64,000 nucleotides of DNA from a virus (taxonomy: Duplodnaviria > Caudoviricetes), in IMG/VR virus record IMGVR_UViG_3300014039_000027, positions 1 through 64,000 of that record; one strand, written 5' to 3'. The position numbers were made by a program, and so were the translations under genes. How positions within the stretch are numbered: position 1 is the stretch's first letter; every line of letters begins with the position of its first letter. Below are positions 56,712 through 64,000 of the stretch, piece by piece. The notes beneath the pieces are model-generated. The model did not search any database. It was not told where the DNA came from and saw nothing but the letters and a program-made list of their open reading frames with translations.

Positions 56712-57332
56712 ATGTCTATATCAGAGATCCAGCACATCGCACCGTATATCCAGAAATTCCCGGAGCTTGTCCGCCACGCCAAAACCGCTGCCGGACTGAC
56801 CAACGAGGAGCTGTCCGACCTGTCCGGCGTTCCTTACTCCACCGTCTGCAAGATCCAGTCCGGTGAGCGCGATCCCAAGCTATATGACGCCATCGCCATC
56901 ATGCAAGCGCTTGGCATCTCCCCCTATCAGGCGTTTGCCATCCCGTCGGATGGGGACGCCGACGCCGCTGCCGCCCAGGAGCGCATACACGAGCTGGAAT
57001 TGGATAACGCCGTTGCCTCCGGTGATGTGGCGCGGCTGGAGCAGGTCAACGGCCTCTGCACAGAGCGTCTGGATGCTGTCATTCACCAGCGCGACTACTA
57101 CAGGCGCCGGTCCATCTTTGCTTCGATCTTTTCTGCCGCACTCTCGCTGTTCCTGGTCGTTTACCTGTTCTTCGATTTCCGCACCCCCAACTTCGGCTTT
57201 GTTCTCCAGGGCAGCCCAACGGCCTTTGCGTGGCTCGTTATTCTTCTCGTGGCTATCTCCGTCGGTGGGTGCGGCATCGTCGGGTATCGGGCGTTGCTTA
57301 AAACCGCAAAAGAGACCGTCTTGCGGAAATAG
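56712..57332 (+). CDS. XRE-HTH protein with C-terminal membrane helices, 206 aa
   Basis: LTNEELSDLSGVPYSTVCKI, coiled coil, two hydrophobic helices. Confidence 0.75.
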   Translation: MSISEIQHIAPYIQKFPELVRHAKTAAGLTNEELSDLSGVPYSTVCKIQSGERDPKLYDAIAIMQALGISPYQAFAIPSDGDADAAAAQERIHELELDNAVASGDVARLEQVNGLCTERLDAVIHQRDYYRRRSIFASIFSAALSLFLVVYLFFDFRTPNFGFVLQGSPTAFAWLVILLVAISVGGCGIVGYRALLKTAKETVLRK

Positions 57333-57344
57333 AACGCACGTTCG
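57331..57344. promoter_or_regulatory. LexA (SOS) box
   Basis: AGAAC-GCAC-GTTCG matches the Firmicutes GAAC-N4-GTTC consensus. Confidence 0.65.
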
Positions 57345-57356
57345 ACTGTGTTCTAC

Positions 57357-57385
57357 ATTATACGTCACAAGTTTCTTGTTTTCAA
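57357..57385 (-). promoter_or_regulatory. Near-consensus leftward sigmaA promoter
   Basis: TTGAAA-N17-TATAAT; LexA box just downstream of predicted +1. Confidence 0.7.
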
Positions 57386-57540
57386 TACACACATTTAACA
57401 AGTTTCTTGAGATTTTTTGTTGAAAAAAGAAAAAGCCGCCCAATCGGACGGCTTTTCCATATAAGTTCCATTCCCACCAACACCATCACGAGTCTTAAAG
57501 AAAGGAGCCTACAACAGTAGGGTAACACGAAAATATCAAA

Positions 57541-58659
57541 ATGTCAACGAAATGCAAGTCCTGCAAGCGCGAAGTTCCCGACAACGCCACCTTCTGCCCC
57601 TGGTGCGGCCACAAGCAGGTGCGCGAGCGCAAAAAGGACGGCGTTATCAAAGTGCCGGAACCGAAACAGCTCCCCTCCGGCAGCTGGCGCATTTACCTTC
57701 GCGCGGAGCAGCAGTCTGTTACCGAACCTACCAAAGACCGCTGCATCGCCAAGGCCAAGGCCATCCGCGCCGGTTTTGTGGAGCAGCAGAAAAAGGCCAA
57801 GGACGAGCCCCTTCTGCTCTCCGAGGCCATTGAGAATTATATCACACGCCGCGCCCTGCTCTCCCCCAACACCATCCGCGGCTACCGCATCTATCAGAAA
57901 AACCGGTTCAAATCCTGTCAGGGCGTTAATATCCGCGAGCCGGTGGATTGGCAGTCGTATATAAACGAAGAGGCCGCGCTCTGCGCCCCTAAAACGCTGA
58001 AGAATGCCTGGGGCTTTATAAAGTCCGTCTTAGAGGAAAACGGCATCGCTGTTCCAAAAGTAACACTGCCGAAGCTTCCCGTTTCCGAGCATAAGTGGCT
58101 CACGCCGGAGCAGATCATCGTATTCTGCAAGGCCATCGAGGGCAAGCCCTTCGAGAAGGAAGCGCTTTTTGCCCTCCACAGTCTGCGCCGCGGAGAACTG
58201 CTGGCCCTCAAATGGGAGGACATAGATTTCAAGTCCGATTCCTTCCGCGTTCATGCCGTCATCGCGCAGAACGAAAAAAACGAGTACGTGGAGAAAATAA
58301 CGCCCAAAACACAAAAGTCCAACCGCGTCGTCCCCTTTATGATCCCGCGCCTCCGCCAGCTCCTCAAGGAGGAAAATGGCCCCAAAGGCAAGCGCGTGTC
58401 CTATCAGCCGCCAAACGGCCTCTGGCGTAAGTTCAACGATGTCTGTGAAGCAAACGGGCTCCCCAAGGTCGGTGTGCATGGCCTGCGCCACAGCTTCGCC
58501 TCCCTGGCCTACAGCCTCGGCTTCAAGGAGGAGGAATGTATGCGTATCGGCGGCTGGTCAGATTACAGGGTCATGCACGAAATATATACCCACCTCGCCG
58601 CCCGCGATATAAACGCCCGCGTCAAGGAGATGGAAAATTTCTATAAAGAAAACCTGTGA
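57541..58659 (+). CDS. int: Phage integrase (tyrosine recombinase) with N-terminal Zn ribbon
   Basis: LRRGELLAL, PKT, HGLRHS, GGWS, IYTH; attP immediately downstream. Confidence 0.93.
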   Translation: MSTKCKSCKREVPDNATFCPWCGHKQVRERKKDGVIKVPEPKQLPSGSWRIYLRAEQQSVTEPTKDRCIAKAKAIRAGFVEQQKKAKDEPLLLSEAIENYITRRALLSPNTIRGYRIYQKNRFKSCQGVNIREPVDWQSYINEEAALCAPKTLKNAWGFIKSVLEENGIAVPKVTLPKLPVSEHKWLTPEQIIVFCKAIEGKPFEKEALFALHSLRRGELLALKWEDIDFKSDSFRVHAVIAQNEKNEYVEKITPKTQKSNRVVPFMIPRLRQLLKEENGPKGKRVSYQPPNGLWRKFNDVCEANGLPKVGVHGLRHSFASLAYSLGFKEEECMRIGGWSDYRVMHEIYTHLAARDINARVKEMENFYKENL

Positions 58660-58675
58660 CCCCGCCAGGCCATAC

Positions 58676-58940
58676 CCGTGTGTAAATTCGTGTGTAAATC
58701 CGTGTGTAAAAACGCCCAAAAAGCCTGTTTGTAAAGCAACAAAAGCATAGCAAAGCAAACGCAGAAGTTATGCCGCAAAAACGCCAAAACCCATTGAAAT
58801 AACAAGAAATCCCGCAGTCTCAACGACTGCGGGATTTCCCTTCACTTGGCAGCGGGAGAAGGATTCGAACGCTCACTTTTCCTTATAAACCCGCTGTGCC
58901 ACAACACTTTTGAAATCCGTGTGCATTTTCGTGTGTAAAA
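58676..58940. other. attP: tRNA 3'-end core (58847-58870) with arm repeats on both sides
   Basis: Minus strand GTTCGAATCCTTCTCCCGCTGCCA; YCGTGTGTAAAW-like 12-mers at 58676, 58688, 58700, 58917, 58929; tRNA-Gln identity is a guess. Confidence 0.85.
58806..58838. terminator. Perfect 14-bp hairpin beside the att core
   Basis: GAAATCCCGCAGTC-TCAAC-GACTGCGGGATTTC. Confidence 0.8.
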
Positions 58941-58992
58941 TTGCATACTTACAACCCTGCTTGCCTCGCTGCGCCCGTTGTCGAATAATGTA

Positions 58993-59020
58993 AAAATACA
59001 TTATATAATATGTAGGGTTT
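58993..59020. other. dif-like 28-bp site with 18-bp perfect palindrome
   Basis: AAACCCTACAT-TATATA-TAATGTATTTT on the minus strand. Confidence 0.45.
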
Positions 59021-59649
59021 TATTCCTCACACCACCACACCGTTTCCCTTCTGGCTCCCGCCACAGCGGCCTCCTCGTGGGTCATCAGTATGTCAACGTG
59101 CTTGCCTATTACGCCCACGTCCAGGGCGATGTATGTCTTGTCTCCGATAATGACCGTGCTGCCGGTCGGTATCACATCCGGATCCGTCGCCACGCAGGAA
59201 CCAGGGTACACCCACTGGCCGCTGGCGGTCAGGACGCGCCCAAACTCGTCCTGGTTCATGTGCGCGTACTTCTCCACGCAGTCGGCGCAGTAGCCGGTAA
59301 TGATGCAGTCCTCCAGCACGTTGCTTTTGGCCTTGATGGCTTCCAGTATGCGTTCCGACTCATCGGGGTCCTCTTCTACGATTGTATCATGGCTGTCAAC
59401 ATCTTCGCCCCACTCCACCCGCAGGACAGTGTTCGGCGTGTCCGCGCTGGCTCTCCACGGGGCGATCAGCGCGAAGATCAGCAGCGCCAGCAGCATGAAC
59501 TCCAGCAGAAAATGTGTCTGCTCCCGCCGCACCACGCGCCGGTACTCTGCCCGCATGGACACGAATGGACCGGGGCATAAACCGAACTCCCCGGCGCGGG
59601 CTATGTTCTCGCTCATCGCCTTATATACTATCTGCTCTCTTTTGGTCAT
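59020..59649 (-). CDS. 3D-domain cell-wall protein with membrane anchor
   Basis: ITGYC, TASG, VATDPDVIPTGS, ALDVG, HVDIL. Confidence 0.8.
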   Translation of the reverse strand: MTKREQIVYKAMSENIARAGEFGLCPGPFVSMRAEYRRVVRREQTHFLLEFMLLALLIFALIAPWRASADTPNTVLRVEWGEDVDSHDTIVEEDPDESERILEAIKAKSNVLEDCIITGYCADCVEKYAHMNQDEFGRVLTASGQWVYPGSCVATDPDVIPTGSTVIIGDKTYIALDVGVIGKHVDILMTHEEAAVAGARRETVWWCEE

Positions 59650-59664
59650 TGATTATATCGCTCC

Positions 59665-60215
59665 TCACGAATAGTACAGGTTTACTCTGCGGTCAGCGCA
59701 GTGCTTGAATATCGCTTTCCAGTGTTCAAACATATTGTAGGGCTTCATCACATGGTAATTGTGCCCCATCATATCGGATTTCAAATCCTTCATGGCGTTG
59801 TATATCTTGCGGCACTCCTGCGGAGTGAATTTTCCTCCGCAGTCTGAATGGAAAATCAGGATGTCCAGATCATCGTTGCAATGCGCGTCCCAGTATTTCG
59901 CTTCTGCGTCAGAGAAGGGCGTACCGCGGAGCATATTCCTCTTGAAAATGTCGTGGCACTGTTGCCCGTAGGCAACCTTTATCAATTCAAGGATAAACGT
60001 TCCGTATGTAAGATAGCCGCAGTCGAAGCCGGCTCCATCAGGCAATCCTTTCGCATGAGCGCAAAGTCCCATTATTCTTCACCGTCCTTCTCTTCTTTCT
60101 CATACAGCGGGCACCCGCAGTTTACAAAGTCGGCACAGTGGGGGCTGTCCCCATTGAAGCACGCCCACGTCCACTCCTCGTGCCATTTGCAGCCGACACA
60201 GCATTTGTTCTTCAT
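59665..60215 (-). CDS. Two hypothetical genes (59665-60072 with HSDCGG motif; 60072-60215 Cys-rich)
   Basis: ORF track and hand reading. Confidence 0.55.
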
Positions 60216-60415
60216 GCTCTCACCTTCTTGCTCAGTCTGTTCCAGCTTGCCGTAGCCGCACTCTGGCTCCACCCAGACAAGGTGAACCCACAGCTTGCAC
60301 AGCGGACGTAATACCGTTCCGGCACATGGACGCCGATCTTGCGCTCTCCGCTGTCCCTGCCGCAGTGGGGGCACACCTCCAGCTTCCCGCGGGGCTTTCT
60401 GTTGTACTGGTTCAT
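60212..60415 (-). CDS. Lar-like restriction alleviation Zn-finger protein
   Basis: CPHCG...YYVRCASCG...ATASWNR. Confidence 0.6.
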   Translation of the reverse strand: MNQYNRKPRGKLEVCPHCGRDSGERKIGVHVPERYYVRCASCGFTLSGWSQSAATASWNRLSKKVRA

Positions 60416-60663
60416 CCTAAATACTCCTTCATCTTCTTATCCAGCCCCTTCTCCCGCAGCGTCCTGCCGTTCATGGTGTACTGCCGCAGCCGAAGCATGA
60501 GGCTTTCCTCATGGCAGCGGTCGCAGTAGCCCCGCATCGCTCTGTCCCGCATCGGGTCTCTCTGCTGCTCGTGTGTCAGATACACGATGTACTCCGCCTC
60601 CATCTCCTTGATGCACTTGGGGCACAGTTTGGCAGTGCGGACCGTCCAAATGGCCTTATCCAT
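60412..60663 (-). CDS. Hypothetical Zn-ribbon protein, 83 aa
   Basis: CPKC and CDRC. Confidence 0.5.
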   Translation of the reverse strand: MDKAIWTVRTAKLCPKCIKEMEAEYIVYLTHEQQRDPMRDRAMRGYCDRCHEESLMLRLRQYTMNGRTLREKGLDKKMKEYLG

Positions 60664-61024
60664 TATGGCGCTCTCTTCTTTCGCGTATACTCTTTTCGGT
60701 GGAAGCTACGGCGCGGAGGATGTCGTAAGAGTCAACCCTCGAAAGAGTGTCAACGGCAATAACGTCTTTCCCGATGTATCTCGCATAGTCGTACTCCAAT
60801 TTTGCGCCCTTGCTTACCTCCCATCCGCGCTGAAAAAGCACCACATCCGCGCTCTCCAGCATGGCAAAGCATATACGCATATAGTCCGCCGGCTTCATGC
60901 CCTCCGGCAGCTCCGCCGGGTTCAGGACGGTGTGCCCCGCCTCCTGCAGCACGGCTTTCGTTTCCTTAAACTCTGCCTTATAATCCGGGTTTCCGTTGAT
61001 CCGGCCCGCTATGTAGATCTTCAT
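60656..61024 (-). CDS. DUF4406-like (nucleoside deoxyribosyltransferase fold) protein
   Basis: KIYIAG, VLNPA, GWEVSKGAKLE. Confidence 0.75.
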   Translation of the reverse strand: MKIYIAGRINGNPDYKAEFKETKAVLQEAGHTVLNPAELPEGMKPADYMRICFAMLESADVVLFQRGWEVSKGAKLEYDYARYIGKDVIAVDTLSRVDSYDILRAVASTEKSIRERRERHNG

Positions 61025-62773
61025 TTCTCCGTTTCCTCCTTCTCCAGCTTGTCCAGCGCCTTCCCGATAAGTTTCCAGCGGTCTACGCCAATGTCCCTCG
61101 CCTCGATCAAGCCGAAGCGCACCACATCGGGTGCCACCTTGCCGCCGGTGGCATCAGACACTCTCTGCGCCCATCCCAGCTTCGTTTTCTGCTGGTAGGC
61201 TTGCAGTCGTATAAAAACCTCGCGTTTGATCTCCGCCATCGCGCCCTTGGGCTTAAACGGTGTAGCGGGTTCCGTCAGCTGCGGTGCGGGAGCTGGCGGG
61301 GCATCCTTGCCCTCCGCCTGTTCGCCATCCTCCTGCACCTGCACATACGCGCCGACGGGACGTATATCTTCCTTGTTGAGTATCTTTATCGCTTGTACGC
61401 CGTCAGGCACGACCGCAAATATCGTGTCCTCATTCTCCACGCCCAGCGCAGGAAACTCCTCGACGGCGTAGGACGTGACTTCCTCCGGCAGCACCAGCAC
61501 ACCACGCACCAGTCCCTCCATGATGTGGTTGGTCACACCCTGCGCTATCTGCATACCGCCTTTCACGCGGACGATCAGCACCTTTCGTTCCGTCATTTCT
61601 GCATCCCCTTTCGTAGTTCGTTCACCGCATCCACCAGTTCGTTGATTTTGGCGACAACGCCATCGTCGCTAAAACTCACGTTCCAACCACGAGGCGGCAA
61701 CTTGCCAATTTCTTTCGGCTGCTGTGTCTCTTGGGTCTCATCCGCGTTCGTCCACCGTCCGATGCGCTTATAGCCCTTGAAGCCGTTTTCCGCCTCGTAC
61801 TTGGTGATGCAGTCCTCCTCACCGTCCGTAAAATGTACGGTCGGCTCATAGAACCCGCGCTTCCGGCATTTTTCGCACCGGCAGACACTCTTGATATACC
61901 CCACGCGGCCATCCGCGGTCTCCACAAAGTCTCCTTCGTGCAGGTTTCCCGGCACCATCATCAGTTTCGTGGAGCTCATCTTGTCGAGCTCATCCTTTTC
62001 TGCATATCCGCAATCCCTGATCGCTCTGATCCACGCAAAGTCGTACTTGCCAATGCGAGTAAAATTCTGCGGCAGATCCTCTATATTGCCACTCCAGCCC
62101 GTCTGCGTCCCATCGTCCCACTTGAAAATGAAACTGTGCCCGGACACTAATCGCTGGTGAGACGACACATATCCGGTAAGCGTTTTGGATGATGTGCCAT
62201 CGGCACGTTCCAGCCTCACATAATCTCCCACATGAAATGTGTATATCATTTCTGCTCGCCCTCCTGCAGCGCTTTCTCCGCCTCCTCGCTGGTGAGGAAT
62301 ACGGTTCGCCCAATGGCAAACCGTAGCGGCGTGATAATCGGCGCAAGGGTGTCTGTAGCCAGAACCGCGCTCACTCCCGGTTTTGAAAATCCGTTCACGC
62401 GGAACTCGATAGCGGTTTTCTCTACGACCTCACCGCAAAGGATCGTATATACCTTGTCCCCCACCCTGAATGGAAGTACCACCAATCTTTTATCTTTGTT
62501 TGCCTTGCAGATTTCTCGTATCATATCGATCCCACCGCACTCCCCCACAGCGGTGCATAGGTCGCTCCAGTCTTTAATCAGCTCAGACACCTCCGCTGGC
62601 GTTAGCCCCGTGTCCTCATATTCCACCAGCCGGTCTAACAAACGATTGCGGCAATACAGCGCAGTGCAGTCAGCCATTGGCTTACCATGCTTACCCGTCC
62701 AATCCGCTTCGCACTTCTGGCAGTCCATCATTGCTTGTCCATCGGTGTCACGCTTCGTCATTCTTTTGTTCAT
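61021..62773 (-). CDS. Three hypothetical genes (61021-61596, 61593-62249, 62246-62773)
   Basis: Overlapping ORFs; the last has RLVEYEDTGLTP. Confidence 0.55.
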
Positions 62774-63300
62774 TTCTGCTCCTCCACATAGCACCAGCTC
62801 TGGGGCGGGCGCTTAATATGACCGCCATTTTCGCAAGATGCACAGCCAAACTCATCACACACTTTGTCTATGCAGTGTTCAAACGGGTGTGAAAACTCGC
62901 TCAGATTCTTCGGCTTATCGTAGATTTTCATTTCGGAGATGTGCCAGCCGTAGCCCTTTGCCGCTTTCAGATATTCGTGCATATCTCTGAGGGTCAGGCA
63001 CGACTGCTGCGCCACATCGTTTGTTGTCGGCTGATCTTCTCCATTGACGTAGTAGCTGCCGCCGGGTAAGCGCGTTTCCAGCTCGTAGATGCGGTCGCAG
63101 GTAAACTCACCAATAACACGCCCTCCGACTCTGAATACCATGATGCCGTCCTTCTCCACAAATCCCCTTGTCTCATAGATGTAGCACTTGAACGGCGTTT
63201 GCAGTTTCGGGCGGGTCTTTCTGACCTCGATAGTTTTTTCACCGCTGGCAATCCTCTCGCACCACTTCGGGCGTATGCTTATCATCACGGCCTTGCTCAT
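62770..63300 (-). CDS. ASCH-domain protein
   Basis: SIRPKWCERIASGEKTIEVRK...CYIYET, GRVIGEF. Confidence 0.8.
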   Translation of the reverse strand: MSKAVMISIRPKWCERIASGEKTIEVRKTRPKLQTPFKCYIYETRGFVEKDGIMVFRVGGRVIGEFTCDRIYELETRLPGGSYYVNGEDQPTTNDVAQQSCLTLRDMHEYLKAAKGYGWHISEMKIYDKPKNLSEFSHPFEHCIDKVCDEFGCASCENGGHIKRPPQSWCYVEEQK

Positions 63301-63731
63301 GTCTTTTCCTCCTCCCACGGCGTATTCACGCACTCCGGTTTCTTACACCGCATCTCAATGGCCCACAGCAAATTCCATGCCGCTGCCAGCAGGTGGTCCT
63401 CGTCGGTCTGACCGTCCAGATACTTCGCCGCGTGGCGCATGGCGCTGTCCAACAGGCTGCTGGTGGGGATGCCCTTATCGACGTTGTGTTCCCCATATTT
63501 CAGTGCCCCGGCCTCACAGTGCTTACTTACCTCGATGATCGCCGCCCAGGGCAGAAGATCCATGCGGCCTTTCCCGCCGTGCATATCCCGCTGCGCCCCG
63601 GTGCTGAAGGTGGTACGCTCTCCGCTGTCCTTGATACCTGTGTGAAGGCTCGCCGCATAACACTCCGGGCACAGCTCTGAATTAACGCTGTTTGTAGTAA
63701 ATTCCCTTCCGCATCGTGTACACACGCTCAT
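63297..63731 (-). CDS. dATP/dGTP diphosphohydrolase-like (DUF5664) protein
   Basis: GKGRMDLLP, KYGEHN, DSAMRH, EDHLLAAAWN. Confidence 0.75.
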   Translation of the reverse strand: MSVCTRCGREFTTNSVNSELCPECYAASLHTGIKDSGERTTFSTGAQRDMHGGKGRMDLLPWAAIIEVSKHCEAGALKYGEHNVDKGIPTSSLLDSAMRHAAKYLDGQTDEDHLLAAAWNLLWAIEMRCKKPECVNTPWEEEKT

Positions 63732-63955
63732 TTCTCTTCCTCCCGCTTCAATATTCCCATGTCAACACACAGGTCGATCAGTTTGTCATCGTTCAGTTCT
63801 ATGGCTCGCTTCGCAATTTCTGTCAGATAGCCGTTGAGCAGAGCAAGTCCAATGCCTATGCTAAGAGCGTTTTCTCTTGCCGCATTGCTCCTGCTTGCAC
63901 TCACCGTCCTGTCGATCTTCTCGACCAAGTTGTTGTAGTCCATTTTCACTCTCAT
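63728..63955 (-). CDS. Hypothetical protein, 75 aa
   Basis: ORF track. Confidence 0.5.
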   Translation of the reverse strand: MRVKMDYNNLVEKIDRTVSASRSNAARENALSIGIGLALLNGYLTEIAKRAIELNDDKLIDLCVDMGILKREEEK

Positions 63956-64000
63956 GCCCGTTCCTCCATCATCCTTGCCATCCTCATATCCAGCGGTTCC

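Noticed and set aside
58676-58711. Tandem repeats as a mini CRISPR array
   Set aside because: 12-bp units with no spacers, next to integrase; they fit arm-type sites
58979-58985. Spo0A boxes (TGTCGAA) here and at 4102
   Set aside because: A 7-mer is expected several times by chance in 64 kb, and other copies fall inside genes
59020-64000. Host chromosome flank or CRISPR/defence island right of att
   Set aside because: All genes are phage early-type, co-oriented and tightly packed, and arm repeats lie on this side of the core
7892-64000. A second DGR target in the window
   Set aside because: No further copy of the TR 3' end (CCGGGGACAACGCC) or WWLR-type C-terminus was seen by eye; targets outside the window are not excluded

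Overview
The whole window is part of one temperate siphovirus-like phage genome (GC-rich, Firmicutes-type RBS and sigmaA promoters; an Oscillospiraceae-like Clostridia host is an inference). No host chromosome is visible. The att site at about 58.85 kb looks like an intact attP: a tRNA 3' fragment with integrase arm repeats on both sides and phage genes continuing beyond it. Left to right: partial cysteine desulfurase and a second, XerC/D-like tyrosine recombinase (+); lysis cassette; a complete diversity-generating retroelement (RT, TR, avd, hairpin, VR-bearing receptor-binding gene; 14 of 14 TR/VR mismatches at TR adenines); tail, neck and head genes with tRNA-Trp; portal; a TerL gene broken by a 7-nt insertion; early accessory genes (Spo0A-like, two DNA methyltransferases, replication and recombination); the cro/cI switch; integrase/attP; then more early-type genes. 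Five HNH endonuclease units are present. The most novel-looking signals are: (1) two paralogous ~50-aa proteins, each followed by a related hairpin-linker-terminator RNA element, with further terminators ahead of the tail and packaging genes, suggesting a protein-RNA antitermination system; (2) a circularly permuted C5 methyltransferase whose G9 tract can fuse either of two overlapping frames to the C-terminal half, which also carries an in-frame, non-splicing HNH insert; (3) a parS site, a dif-like site and the extra recombinase, hinting at plasmid-like maintenance; (4) a LexA-boxed promoter and a SinI-like mimic of the repressor C-terminus; (5) a GNRA-rich structured RNA behind tRNA-Trp. All family assignments come from motif recognition by eye; no database search was run.
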